From assembly GCA_001643675.2 (NCBI GenBank), contig LSRY02000031.1:62001-126000 (forward strand): a stretch of 64,000 bases of DNA. Direction: 5' to 3'. Of this stretch, positions 49,153 to 61,959 are shown in pieces; positions within the stretch are counted from its first letter, which is position 1; every line of letters begins with the position of its first letter. The notes beneath the pieces were generated by a model that saw only the letters and a program-made list of their open reading frames with translations, was not told the origin of the DNA and did no database searches. A program made the position numbers and the translations under genes. Origin of the DNA: Monocercomonoides exilis PA203 (lineage: Eukaryota; Protista; Preaxostyla).

Positions 49153-50876
49153 TTGACACCTCCTTTCTTCGCCAAACCAGCTCTACACCAAATGCTCCTG
49201 TTGAACACACCGGAAATGAATCTCAAAGAAAATCACCTGGAAGATTGGCCACTTTTGATGAGAACAACCATCGCTTTGAGTGGTGTGAATGGAATGATTC
49301 AACTGGTTGCTCATCATCTGGTGGTGCACTTTATGTTGCTTGCACGAATGCCAATCTCACAATCACTTCCTGTTCATTCAACAATTGTTCAACAAGTGAT
49401 CATGGAGGAGCGTTATATTGCGATTATTTGTTAAAAGTTGATATCGCAAAATCCAATTTCACGAGTTGTTCAGCTGCTCATGCAGGAGCTGCTTATTTGT
49501 ATTGCAATCAACCTTATTCTGTTTGGACATTCTCAGATAACAGAGTGGAAAGTTGCTCAATAACAGATTGGTGTGGAACTGGTTGGAATTTCTGGCTCAA
49601 TAATATGCCATCAAATGCTCAATTCCTGTTTTCCAAATGTTAGTGTATCGCAAATTCTGGTGGTGATTCTGCTGGCTCTCTCACATTTCATTGGCCTCCA
49701 CAAAATAAACCAAGTCAGTTTTCAATCATTGAGTGTCAGTTCATCAGGAACAATCTGACTGCCTCTTCCACTTATGGTGGCGCTGCTCTATGTTGCACAA
49801 ACACCTTCACTTGGATGAGTGGAGTTAAATTCATCACATTCTGTTTCTTCGATGGAAATACAGCAGAAAATGGCAGGGGAAATGATGTGTTTTTCAATGG
49901 CAGCAGCATAACCCAATCACCATTCAATCAGTGTGGATCAACAACAGAATCAAAAAGAGTGTGGAATGCAGGAACAGCTGACAATGCAGTGTATAATGGC
50001 TGGCTCCCTCTCATTGCCCAGAACAAAATCGTTGCCAGCAATGGAACCAATACAGATGGTTGTGGCAGACCCCAACAGACCCCATGTGCCACCATCGAGT
50101 ATGCCCTCAACGGCTTCATTTCCCTCATCCAAGATGCCTCCCTCACCCTCCTCACCTCAACATTTGTTCCTCTTCAAACACTAACCTTCAGCGTGGTTGA
50201 TTCAAAAATCACTGGAAATGGAACAGATACCACCACCATCGCCTCCAGTGGCATTCCCCAACCACCAAACTCACATTCACAATCATCACAATCAACATCA
50301 TCATTTTCATCATTTTCATCATTTTCATCTGCATCTTCTTCACCAGATCCATCTGCCTCGTCTGCCCTCTTCCAACAGACCCAGGGCTCCCTCACAGTCT
50401 CTGCCCTCGCCATCTCCCACAACTCATCAAACCAAATCACCCCCATCCTCTTCCACCTCTCCGGAAACTCCCCTTCCCTCAACCTCAACACAACCACCAT
50501 CACCGGAACAACCTCCATAACAATAAAAACACCCCTCTTCTTCCTCACTGCTGGCTCCCTCTCCCTCAACCACACAGCAATCACCAGTCTCACCCTCAAC
50601 AGCCAAAGCATCTTCCACCTCACCTCCCTCACCGCTCCCCTCACCCTCAACTCCTCCAACATCACCGATATCACCTCCACAGCCACCCCCGCCAGCTGTG
50701 TCCTCTCCTCTGCCACCTCCCCTGCCCTCTCCCTCTCCCTCGCCAACTGCACCATCACCAACATCAACTCAGCTCCACAACACCAACAGACTGCCACCAA
50801 TGGCGGGTGCATCTCATTCGCCTCATCCGCCTCTGCCAACTCGTTTTCGGTGAGTGATTCAGCCTTCTCCACCTGA
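49153..50876 (+). pseudogene. Beta-helix-like (GGAL-motif) Thr/Ser-rich surface protein pseudogene
   Basis: GGALYV, GGALYC, FCFFDGNTA..GNDVFF and CGRPQQTPCATI motifs. In-frame TAG at 49641, and TGA at 50874 where the paralog has Cys; then truncated. Confidence 0.8.
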
Positions 50877-52319
50877 TCTGTGAGCGAAAGTGAAACGAGT
50901 GCTTTAGAAATAGAAGAGCTGATATATATAAAGAAAGAAAAATTCAAGGGAAACAGAAGCAAAGGTGGAAAGAAGAATACTTTCTTCTTTGAAAAGAAGC
51001 CTTCATAAGAGATTTGTGGAGATGAAGAGTGAAAAGGAAGAAAGAATTGATCACGAAAATAAAGATGATTTACAAGATGAAAAGAAAGAAGGAATTACTT
51101 GCAGAAAGGAAATGAGTTAGATCATATTGAAATTATGAGATTACGACAAAAGAGAAAATGAGTGAAAAAATGAAAGGAAATTGGAGAAATGATTAATGCA
51201 AAGGAAATAAATCTTTGATTCCAAAACTTCAGCATCGCCGTGCAATATTTGTTGTGAAAGTATCAACAGCGTGATGAAATGCAAGCAGGAAACTTTTTTT
51301 CTCACAAAATTGTCAGAATAATTCTTTTGTCTTTTATTGTTTTGATGAAAACAATAAAAATCTCAGCTTTGCTGATTTTTCTTATTTGAAACTCACATGA
51401 TTGAAATATCACTTTATTGACAAACTATTTTTATTACATCTATTTTATTAGATAAATTGTGAAATAAAAAAATATTTCAAGATATTTTGATTATTTCAAG
51501 ATTCCCCAGTAATTTTAAATAAAAGGCAGTGTTTTTAAGAAAAACAAGTGTTTTTAAATTGTGGCCAGAAAGTCTTGCATTTGTCAAAAAAACATTGTTT
51601 TGCACGTCAGTGCAAAAAACACATCCACATTACAATATTGCATGTGTGTTTCGCAAATTAAACATTTTTTGTTTGTTTTCCGAAAAGTTTTGATCATTTT
51701 TCTAAAAATTGGAATAGAATTGTTTGAAAAAAATAATAATTTAAAATGAGAACAATAATATCCAATGTTCAAAAACATCAATTGTTGAGTGAGTTTACAT
51801 TTATTTTTTGAAAAAACACTTAATTGTGGTATGATATTAATTCTGTTTTTAATTGAAACGATTAAACAATCATTTGCTATCCGTTCTTTTCAAATTTTTT
51901 AACAATATTTATCAATATTTGATATTTGCGAAACTTATTTTGAATGGTTCGAATTGAAGAATATTCATTTATGCAAATGATCAAATCACTTTCAAGATTT
52001 CTCTGTCCATATGAATTGAAAACAAAAATGCAATTAAAACCGGTTTGAGAGCATTTATTTTTGTCTATTTTAATTATTTTTAACCTATTTGAATTTCTTA
52101 TAAAAAACTTTCTCTCATAAAGTTTGAATAACTTTTAATCAGCGCTTTCTGGTTGACATGCATTCGAAAAAATACTGGAGAGTGACAACACAAAAAAGGT
52201 CATTTGTATGTAGTTGTTGTTGCGCATGATTTCTTGATATTCGGATTTATTACATTATTTTTTGAAAAGATTTGTTTTCCAGTTAGGAAGAAAGCAACGA
52301 AGAGAAAAGAAGTGGATAA

Positions 52320-53200
52320 TATTTGAAATGAATTCAATGAACGATGAAATGAATAAAGAAGATAATAAAACCGATTTTATTGATGATGTGTTCGATAAAA
52401 TTCATTTTATGAAAAGAAGGAAGGAAAAGTGGTGAAAGCAGGTGAGTGATATTTGCGAATGCTTAATTTTGCTTAATAAAGGATTCATTTCAGGGGAATT
52501 GATTTCAGTTTGAATACATTGTTTTCTGAAAGTTGCATTGAACAAGGAGGAAAGCGAGAAAGTCAGAAAGAAGTGGAAATAGCTTCACTGGCTTTGAGCA
52601 ACATTGAATGTTGCCATTTGTGTTTATTTTCTCTTTTTTTTGATGTTCAGAATTGTTCTTGCTTTTTTTTGACAGATAATAGAAAAAATATAGTATTTGG
52701 AAGAAATGATCAAAATTATCCATTGCAGTCAGGAGTTTAACAACCTCACTAACCTTTCCTGTCAATCTTCTTGACAGTTTTTCATTGACTGATTTCACGA
52801 GGAAAAAGAGATGCAAAAAGTGGCTGTGAAAGAGCTTCATTTTTTCAGAGAAGCCAAGAGAATTGAATGAACAGGAAAAAATGTGGATTGGATAAGTGAT
52901 AGCGGAGGGGGGGAGGAGAAGGAAATGAAGCAGAAGAAGTGCATATTATCAGGAGATGGCTCAATGAAATTTGAATTTTCCCTTATTCATGCAAATTAGT
53001 GAATAAAGATTTTTTTAAACTTATTAACAACACTGTTCATGTTTAAATAAATGTGAAAAATTATTTCGGAGAAATTTGCTGAATATGCATTTGCATATCA
53101 AAAATGGTAACAATTAACAAAACTGTGTTAATTGATTATTTGTTGTTGAAGAGTGAGCAGTTGATACCGTTTTTCAAGAAATACAAAAACAAATAATAGA
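52320..53200 (+). pseudogene. Heavily degraded helical family member (copy D)
   Basis: Remnants DEMNKE, ICECL, FLKVALNKEESE, SQKEVEIASLALSNI, ELHFFREA and VHIIRRWL in mixed frames. Confidence 0.7.
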
Positions 53201-53407
53201 TAACAAAATAACATATGTGTGCACGAGTTTTTTTCATGAATTGAAAAATCAATATAAAATTGTTAAAAAACATAAAATATTTCAACGGGCTAAACAACAC
53301 TTGAACGCTTATGCGCATTAGAAAGTTAGAAAAATAATGTTTAGATATTATTTTTTATGAACAAAAACAAAAACATAAAAATTTCGAAGACAAAATAATA
53401 CAAACAA

Positions 53408-53750
53408 TAGATGAATTTTGAATAGATTTTTTTTATTTGAATAAACCAGGTTTATTCAAATGAAGTCATGTTTATTTGAATAGATCGAGTTTATTTGAAT
53501 GAACTGAGTTCATTTGAGATAGACTGAGTTCATTTGAGTTACGAAAATTAGTATAAAAAAAACAAGTAATTTAAATGTTTATAAATTTGATTGTTAAAAT
53601 AAACAAATATTATTTGTTTCATAATGATGATGTTTTGCGAATGATTTTTGTTGTTTTCGTCAAATTCTTTCAATGATCATAAGGATCAAAATATTTATAA
53701 AAACGTGAAAATTCTTTTTCGCCAATACATGATTCAAAACATAAAAGTAT
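53408..53750 (+). repeat. Left arm of long inverted repeat, including an array of 19-20-bp quasi-palindromic units
   Basis: Reverse complement of ~60885-61221 (roughly 75-80% identical). Starts TAGATGAATT. Units ATTYRAATRAAC-nn-GTTY at 53436-53540. Confidence 0.85.
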
Positions 53751-54299
53751 CACGTTTTTCATATTGCCTCACTTTTCTTGTACATGATTTTGATCATGCT
53801 CTTTGTGAAAAAAGCAGGAATCTTAATTGCTGAGGATTTTCAAATGATTTATATTGATTTTGAACTTGTCGAACTAGTGAAAACGTTCAAAAACGAATTA
53901 TTTCATTGAAATAATAATTTACATATAAAAGTTTCAAATGCTTTTGCATACTTCAAATATAATGAACTGGATGATGCAAAAAACAGTTAGTAAGATGTTT
54001 GAAAGAAGAGATAAATAAAAAAGATTTGCTTCACCGCATTCAATTACATTTCATAGATTTGCATCGAGGAGCATGCTGGAGAGCTGAATAGAGTGAATCC
54101 GGTTAGATTGAACAATTTTTTTTTACGGCTACACACGAGTTCATCCAAGGAGAAAACAGAAAACCCGCTAGTAGTTGATGCACGCAAAATGTGAAGTTTG
54201 ATGTTAAGTTCTGGCTTATTACCTTTTCCTTATTGAGGTGAGCCTCTTTTGTCTTCACCATGAAACCTCAAGAAGAAGCATTTATGTGGATTGTGAAGT

Positions 54300-56750
54300 C
54301 ATCAATCGAGCGCATCACTAATCTTCTCCACTTTTTGTGTTAAGTGATAACTGAACTCCAAAGATCGTGTTGGTGGAGAGTCTATTTATTTTTTAATGTT
54401 GATTTGCTTCGATTTTTGTATTCATTTCATTTGTGAAGATTATCATGCTGGATGCATGATAATTGAGCTTATTCAATGTCATCCTAATTTCGTTATGCAA
54501 CATGTCCAACTGCCACATCGTCGAAAAAGCAAGCAGTGCCAGCTACTCTCCAAATACCACTTCCTCATTTTTCATCTTCATATCGATGTTGAAGGATATC
54601 GCAGAAACAGAAAAGAATCCATCAGTTCCTTAAAGTTTGGGCGGCCGCTCAGGGAGATTATTGCAAATGATTCAAGCGCGAAATACTTCCGTTCGAGCAG
54701 CATTGAAAATATGATGGAAAGGCTAAATCACTTGAGCAGCTGAGAGTTACTGGTTTTTAATATCAACTTCACACAGATAGTGTGCAGCGGCTCAAGTGGA
54801 GAAGGGAAAGTTGCAAAATGAATTTGGATGCGAGTGTGAACAGCAAGCCAGAGTTTATGTTCCAGAATGTATTATGTAACAATAACCCGGTAAGCCAATG
54901 GCTAGATATCTTTGTTGTGTTCAGGAATATTTCAAAGCAGATGAACTAAATGAAATTCCTGATCAACATGTGAAAAGGAGTGTTCAACTGGACTAATGAG
55001 AACTTCGGGTTTGACAATATGACTGAAGAAGCGTTCGGCTTGATCTCATTCATCATCACACATCAGTCTGTCGTTGTGCCTGTGTTGTCGACTGGTTTCG
55101 AGCCTGGAGGCTGAAATAGCAATTCGCGTTGCGTATTAGCAGGGAAATGTGTGTCACAAACGAACATGGACTGGGATATATAGCGTCGAGTTAGTGAGAG
55201 CTGTTGTTGTCGAGGGTGCTGAGCGATTTGAGGACATAGGCTTTTTATTTTTTGAAGGAAACCACATCCTTTCAAGGAATGGGCTTTGAGCGTTATAAGA
55301 TAAAATTTGTTTGGATAGTTCGATCTTTGGAATGGAACATAAGGATTTGCAATGCATGAGGACTCTAACGAGAAGAACAAAGCTGCGAGCACTTTTGCTT
55401 CTGTTAAAAGAAGATGGAGCTGTGTTGCATGCAATGAAAGAAGAAAAGAGAAGAATATGTCGATGATGCAGTTCAATAACTTTTCTGTTTGGTCAGATGA
55501 ACCAGCTTCTGTTTCGATGATCTTTCTGCAGACGCCGATTGTCATGCAAAACTGCTCATTTGTTGTCCGCATGCCATATGCCGAAAGAGGAAGAACAAAG
55601 TCGACATTGTGCTGCTTATCTGCTCGAGTATGTGCATGATTGTTTGATGGCTGCGCTGATGGATCCTCTTCATTTGCCAGTTCAGATACTGCTAATAGAG
55701 TGGAACAGAAGAGCAGCTAGAATGGATCTGCTGCAAATTCAGAACAGAGCGAAGTGGGGATGATTGGTGCCACAATTGCAAGCTACGCCGAAGTTGGATT
55801 GAATGTGTTGAGAGGGGGAAGGGGGAAGATGGGGTTGAGCGAGTGCAGCAGCTTCCAATTTCACAAGTCATGAACAATTGATCCCCTATTGCCAGATGTC
55901 CAGAAGAAATATGTTGTGCAACGCGAATTGGAAGCTGAAACAAGTGAGTGTGAAAGGAGGAAATGGAAAGCTGCCAGGCTCATCTCTGTGGATTGTCAAC
56001 GAAGGATGCGAACTTTTCCATTTTTGCAAGTTACCGGGCATCTTCTCCATTCATCTCCCTACTGATAAATATGACTATCTTGCAGACACAACCGCACAGC
56101 TTGTGTTTCGTGTGGCGTTTCTGCTTCGATATAAACTCCAACTTAATGTTAATACAGTGCTTTGTTGTGTGGAGGCAATCGAGAAAAACGAATTCCACGA
56201 GATCTAGTTTGTCTTTTAAGCAGAAGCTCATGGTGTCATTCACTCGTCAATACTCGAAGTCTTGCCAGACGAGGCAGAAGTTACTGTTTCGATTCTATTT
56301 GGACCAATCTGTTCGGCATCCACTTCTTCTGCGGTGTTGAAGAACAGAAGCAAAACTCTGACAAGAAAAGAAGGAAAACTTGTAGAAGGAACAAACGAAG
56401 TGAATACACTTTGGGAATTGGTTGTGATCATAATAACTGTTGTTATTGTTGATTATTCTGTTAACAGCTTTGTTTATGTTTGCTGTTTAACGAAGGAAGG
56501 CAAATTGACGAGCAGAAGATTTGGTCGAAATTTTGTGAGATGCAGTGAAGAAGGATCAGAAGGCGTTTGAGGTTGTTACAACGAAGTGTCACAAGATGAG
56601 CAATAGGGAAGAACAGAGAAGGAGGAAGAAAAGAAGAATATTTTAAATCTTTAAGAAATAAATCGAAAAAAGAAAATACAATTTTTTCGGTCAACGGAGA
56701 AAGTGGTAAAGATGAAAGCAGCTTCAACCTGTCGACTCGACTGAGAGCTT
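54300..56750 (+). pseudogene. Degraded surface/receptor family gene
   Basis: Remnants CSGSSGEG..FMFQNV..DIFV, RRNMLC..SLWIVNEGC and ILFG..TSSAVLKNRS..LVEG followed by a TM segment, homologous to 15400-16100. Confidence 0.7.
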
Positions 56751-56896
56751 CAAATTTATATGCTTTGTTGGCTGAAAATCACTCCACGAACATCAATAGA
56801 AACAAATTTTTGTTTTTCATATTTAATTATACAGAGATCAAATGAAAAACAAAGAAGTTGGAATGGAATAGAATAATGACAACAAAATGATATTTG

Positions 56897-57420
56897 CATT
56901 CATTTCTCTCTCTTTTTGTCAAATAAAATCTTCTTTAAACATATATCAAATTTTGTTTTAGAATACAGAAATATCTCAGATTTTTTGATTTTTTCAATTT
57001 TTTTGTTGATAAAGTGAAAGATAGAACACAAAAATATTATAATAAGTGTTCATAACATTTTCATAAAAACTTTATTTAAGTGTATCGCACTTTATTCAAG
57101 TGTCACTTCAATAGATGAATTGTGAATAGATTTTTTTCATTTGAATAAATTCAACTTATTTGAATGAACTAGGTTTTTCTTAAATGATGTCATGTTATTT
57201 TAAATGGTTGAAGCGACACTTGAATAAAGTGCGATACACTTAAATAAAGTTTTTATGAAAAAATGGTAAACACTAATTATAATATTTTCACATTTATTTT
57301 TAACTTTATCAACTAAAAATTGAAAAATCCAAATTAATTGTGATTTTTCAATATTCTCAAACAAAATTTGAGACATGTTAAAAGAAGATTTTATTTGATA
57401 AAAGAAGCTTGAAATGAATG
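56897..57420. repeat. Hairpin: ~215-bp arms (56897-57111, 57208-57420) around a 95-bp spacer
   Basis: Inner ~55 bp nearly perfect, outer part diverged. Spacer 57112-57206 is the reverse complement of 61224-61318 (2 mismatches seen). Confidence 0.85.
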
Positions 57421-57499
57421 ATAAGATAATTTAATTCTCAATATCAAGTCCTGTTTTTTCTCATTAACTAAAAATGTGATCATCACGTAATTAAAAATC

Positions 57500-60400
57500 T
57501 TTAACAAAAATTTGCTTCAATTGATGTTTGTGGAGTAATGTGCAACAAACAATGCATATATTTCTGAAGCGCTCATTCGAGTAGATAGATTGGTGTGTTT
57601 TCTCTTTTTCCACTTTCTCCGTTGACTGAATAAATTACGCATCCATTTATCGATTTTTTTTCCACAAATTCTCTCAATATTTTGCTTGACTGCATTCTTC
57701 CACGCTTTTCCCCATTGATAATCTGGAGATTTCTCTGTATTCAACATTCATATGCCTTTGGATCCTTCTTTATTGTGTCATCAACAACCTGTTTCAAATC
57801 TTCCGCTTCATTCGAAACCTTCTTCCAACGAGTAATAAACATTATAAATTTAATCAAAAAAAACAAAAAAATTATTGTAGAAATTTCTATTGCAATCGAT
57901 GGTCGAGACGGTTTTCTTTCTCTTCTTCCTTCAGCAATTCTTTCATCGTTTTTTATTAAACTTCGTTGCTGTTCCACAAAAGAAATTGTGCAGTTGATGC
58001 AACTGTTTTTGAGCTTTTTTTCCATGATGCTTGCAGCTACTTCAGTATTGTTGGATACCGAAGTCGCGATTGAGGCTGGATTATTGAATGGATTACAGTT
58101 TCATTTTCTGAAAGTTAAACTTACAGCGGATATTTTTAAGTTTGCAGAGGGGTTCATTGACAAAATCAATCTGGAGGAGCTAGTATCAAGGAATGAACGA
58201 AGAGATAACGAGATCCAGGGAAATGGCATTGCCTTCTTAACAAAATATCACTGAATTTTGCTGCGGGATAAAGAACGGGATGCTCTTTCTGAAGGCAATT
58301 TTATCATGATCTCTAACTGGTGGAAATCCAAAACGAAATGTTCGGAAGAAATCGATCCCTGACTTTTGGGATTTGAATATTCAGAAGCGCATGACCAGAG
58401 CAGGTGATGTTGTTCCTTATGAACGGATAACCCACTGCACTCGGCTGTTGTTGACAAATAATACAAATTGCACACAGGCGCTACAACAGAACACAGGAAC
58501 CCATCTTTTGAAGAGTTGGCAACACTCGTATCTATTATCCTTCCCAAGCAATTCTGAATATCAACCATAAAACCGCTCCACTTGCACAGATATTCGAAAC
58601 TATCTTCGTATGAACACAAACTGTTGCGCTCCTGTTACTCCATCAAACACACTCGAAGACGTGCAAGCATCCACCAAATCTGCCAACGCTGCAATGCAAC
58701 CTTTTTCAGTGTGCGAATCACACTTCTTGTCTGAGCAGTTCTCCAATTCCAGCAACAAGGACGAAGTTTAAGATGCAAAACAGCACAGGATAAGCGAATC
58801 TCGGGTAACAGTTTGATATGATGACTGCCTTATCCGGAATGTCGACGCATTTGATGCCACACTCACTGCTCATCCTTCTCCAAGAATTGTGTTTGAAATA
58901 GCCAAGAAATTCATCTCGATGTTTGTATCTTGGCATTTGACAGAAACAAAAGATTCCCTTGACACATGTGTATCATCGAATTCCATATTAATTCATTAAT
59001 TGTTTGAATGGACTCCTGAACCATCTGAGGAAAGCACAATCATGTTTGATCCACTCTGAGTTCCTCTCATCTGAATGTTCTGAAGCTGGGAGTCATTTCA
59101 GTTGCGAAGAATGAGGCCTGATCGCTGAGCGCTGCAATTGGATGCATGCACCTGCCGCATGAACAGCTTTGCCAGATCGTGGAAATTCAACAGCGATCCA
59201 GATATAACATCTGTGAAATTCAGAAATGCACACGAGAAATATTGACCACAACTTGCTGCCAGGCATGAAGAACTGAGATGGAGGCCAGCAAAAGTGCAGT
59301 CAGACATCGTCAATCTTCCACCACTCATTTCAACAATCGAGCAATTCAGTTCAATTTCAGATCCTCCACCAGAAACTTCTTGAGCAAAATTGTGTCTGCA
59401 ATCGACAAGTTTCCATCAGTCAGCGGTAATAAACTGGAGTGCAGAGAAGAAAAAACTCTTCCAAACAAAAACGAAAGAAACTCCATTTTAACTCTCGACG
59501 AGAACGCAACGAGACTGACCGTCTTGCTATCAATGCTGCTGTTCAGCATAATATTCCTCCTTACGCCTTCCTCATCCAGCGATTTGACCGTCATATCATG
59601 TGTACTTGCTTCACCAGAGACCAGAGAAATCTCATCTACGAGCAAGTTGCTGAAAACAGAAGGAATGATGTGAGACAATGCAATATTCAAGGAAGAGCAG
59701 GGCGCATTGATAGCTCTACAACTGGAGTGAATCTGAGACGTTGTCGGCTGAAGAAGATGAAAAAATAATCTCAATTCGATTTTCAACAACGAAAGCAAGA
59801 GATCTTGCTCGTCTCAATAGTTAGTTGCAGAGCACACACATAGCATGCTCCCAAACAAAGGGAGGTCTGAAGTCAAGCTGGAAGAGCTCGCTGCTTATTT
59901 GCGATTTGATGTTGGAGCATTTCGCAAACACTTCTCTTCCCCTGAAAGTCTTGTTCCCCAAGAATGTGATATTTTTGAAGAAGAAAGGCAAAGGGCCATC
60001 GCTTGCAATTGTTGAGCAGTCCAGGAATATCGCGCCTCCTCTTCCAGTTGCCGAGCAGAAACATCCTGAGATTGTGGAAAAACAGTTCTCAAAATACACT
60101 CCTTCGCTCAATTTCATGAATATTCCTTCGCCGCTCTCGCTCTGGCTGCTTCCACAATTCTTGATCAACTTGTTTTGCACAGACACGCTGGAAGGCTTGC
60201 TGCCGGAGCAGCTGATGACGGATTGCTCAGAAGGAATATTTAGGAGAAGTGAGCGAAGGAACAGCATTTGAGTTATGCTGTTGAACTATCGCCTTCATAT
60301 AATCCCTGTGACTCGTCTTGCAATTCAGCCTGCGCAAATACTTCCACAATGCTTTTGCGCATCGGTTCAATATTGTTCATCGAGACATTCGTCAAGTTAA

Positions 60401-60600
60401 CGCTGCTGCCTGCTGATTCCATCAGAATGTGACTTTTGCAAGACGGATTGGAACGAGCAGAATAATATTTCACAGTTACAGGCTGGAGACGATGTTTCAA
60501 GGAATGTCTGCTCGAGAAGCGCAGACAAATAGCAAGAGAAAGACGATTGCATTTCGTTCATTATTCAATGAAATAATGAAGACATGTTTCTTTGTTTTTT
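57500..60600 (-). pseudogene. Degraded surface/receptor family gene, convergent with 54300-56750
   Basis: CSATGRGGAIFLDCS..NITFLGNK..GREVF, CKWSGFMVD, and NDERIAEGRRE followed by TM and RWKKVSNEAEDLKQVVDDTIKKDPK. Many frameshifts. Confidence 0.8.
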
Positions 60601-60884
60601 TATCTTTTTCAAAAAAGTTATATCAATTTCATTTATTGTCCGGTTATTTTTTCCTGTCTTTTAATGCTTTTAAGCCGATCTAAGTGTAAATACCAGTTGT
60701 TTGCATATATATTGATGCAATCCAATTTGTTATTCAACACAATTTCAATTTTCTTTATTTGCGAATTTGATAAAAAGCTAATCATTTCATAATTCATAAA
60801 ATTCAACTTTTTATCAATATTTAACATATGTTAAAACATGTGGATTACATAATTGGAAAGTTTAACAACCTACGAATGTCATGA

Positions 60885-61318
60885 TGATGTGTTTTGAATC
60901 GTTTATTAGTGCAAAAGAATTTTTGCAGTTTAATAAATCTTTTGATCCTTTCGATCATAAAAAATATTTGATGAAAACAACAAAAAACATTTCTAAAATT
61001 ACATAATTATGATTCAAATAATTTATGTAAGTTTTTGCAATCAATTGAATAAACATAAAAAATACTTGTTTTTTTTCAAAATTTTCGTAACTCAAATAAA
61101 CTCAGTCTATCTTAAATGAACTCGGTTCATTCAAATGAACTTGATCAATTCGAATAAACATGAGTTCATTTGAATAAACCTAGTTTATTTGAATAAAAAA
61201 AATCTATTCATAATTCATCTAATCATTTAAAATAACATGACTTCATTTAAGAAAAACCCAGTTCATTCAAATAAGTTGAATTTATTCAAATGAAAAAAAT
61301 CTATTCACAATTCATCTA
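60885..61318 (-). repeat. Right arm of long inverted repeat plus tandem duplicated 95-bp terminal module
   Basis: Ends AATTCATCTA twice (61221 and 61318). Contains the same 19-20-bp palindromic units. Confidence 0.85.
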
Positions 61319-61959
61319 ATAACAATTCAGAACATTGTTGCAACCATTTTTCCATCAAAAATATTTCAATTCATTATTATTAAAAAACGTCCAGTAGATT
61401 TAAGTTTTCATAGATTATTTCAAAATAACTGGGTTAATTCAAAATTCGAGGCTGAAACTTGAAATAACACGATTAATTTGAAAAAACCAATTTATTTCAC
61501 ATTTTATCTATTAATGCTTGTTTTCATGCTTCTGTTGAATTATCAACATTTCATCATTTAAAAAAAACTGTTTAAAAATGGTTTGATTTTTCTTTTATTT
61601 CCACTTTATTTTAATAAGTGTTTTTTATTCGTTTTGTTTTCCTTTCTCACAATTATTATTAATTTATATGTTCTTTTCTAATTTGAATAAGGATGGTGAT
61701 TTTTAATATTTGTGCTTTTATTTGAATTGAGTGGTCTTTATTCAAATTAACATAGGTTTATAAAAAAAACCTCCATTAATTCAAATCTTCCAACTTAATC
61801 TGCATTGTATCTAATCATTGGACAATTTTTGAACGATCTTGTACCAAAAGTTGTAATCAAAAAAGAATAATCAATTTGAACCTATTTTTTCTATTATGAG
61901 TGAATCGTGACATCTATATTTCTGATCAGATTATTTTTTGAGAAAGAGTCACCATTCGC

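Noticed and set aside
49641-49643. In-frame TAG/TAA codons suggesting a TAR=Gln code as in some oxymonads
   Set aside because: Paralogs of the helical family end in TAA, TAG and TGA at the homologous position. In-frame TGA and frameshifts occur in the same broken genes, so these are pseudogene lesions.
50174-50962. Long antisense ORFs here and at 13641-14291, 19816-20394, 33057-33962 and 41178-41966
   Set aside because: Shadow or alternative frames of biased coding sequence with no independent motifs.
53436-53540. CRISPR-like array
   Set aside because: The units are abutting and degenerate with no unique spacers, no cas genes are present, and the context is eukaryotic.
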